The notes beneath the pieces were generated by a model. That model made no database searches, had not been told where the DNA came from, and saw nothing but the letters and a program-made list of their open reading frames with translations. From the NCBI GenBank assembly GCA_965235115.1, contig OZ249436.1, positions 29,638,001 through 29,702,000 of the forward strand: DNA of 64,000 nt, read 5' to 3'. Positions 63,932-64,000 of this stretch are shown in pieces. How positions within the stretch are numbered: position 1 is the first letter of the stretch; each line of letters starts with the position of its first letter. The position numbers and the translations under genes are program-made. Source of the DNA: Laetmonice hystrix (taxonomy: Eukaryota).

Positions 63932-64000
63932 CTGTAACAGGTCAAATAAAGAGTGTCAATGAATCAGTGACCATTATTTACCCTATATAATATGTTTTAT

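Overview
This is eukaryotic, intron-rich animal DNA, probably from a marine invertebrate (a lophotrochozoan is inferred from the V-type SINE and repeat content), so most entries in the ORF track are spurious. I assembled spliced genes by hand from GT-AG sites and reading-frame phase. (1) RGM (repulsive guidance molecule, + strand) has three coding exons from 2740 to 17645, with two possible donors that include or omit a 48-aa acidic segment. (2) VPS33B (- strand) is complete, with 19 coding exons from 50379 to 34439 and about 613 aa. (3) A two-exon orphan class-A GPCR (+ strand, 43238-46032) is nested antisense in VPS33B intron 9. (4) An intact 4029-bp pogo-type DD36D transposon (50939-54967) lies about 560 bp upstream of the VPS33B ATG; it has perfect TIRs, a TA TSD, an in-frame 39-bp minisatellite and a PHD finger. 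(5) At the right end is a minus-strand series of stop-terminated coding cassettes that all begin at phase-0 splice acceptors: two C2H2 finger-pair exons and a three-exon, transposase-derived HTH module lacking a catalytic domain. The pogo ORF also begins at a phase-0 acceptor. I propose, as an untested hypothesis, that these are alternative 3' DNA-binding modules of one upstream gene, in the manner of lola or mod(mdg4). The window also holds a V-SINE bracketed by an exact 208-bp duplication, many MITEs, microsatellites and a possible RAG1-N/Chapaev-like zinc-domain relic.
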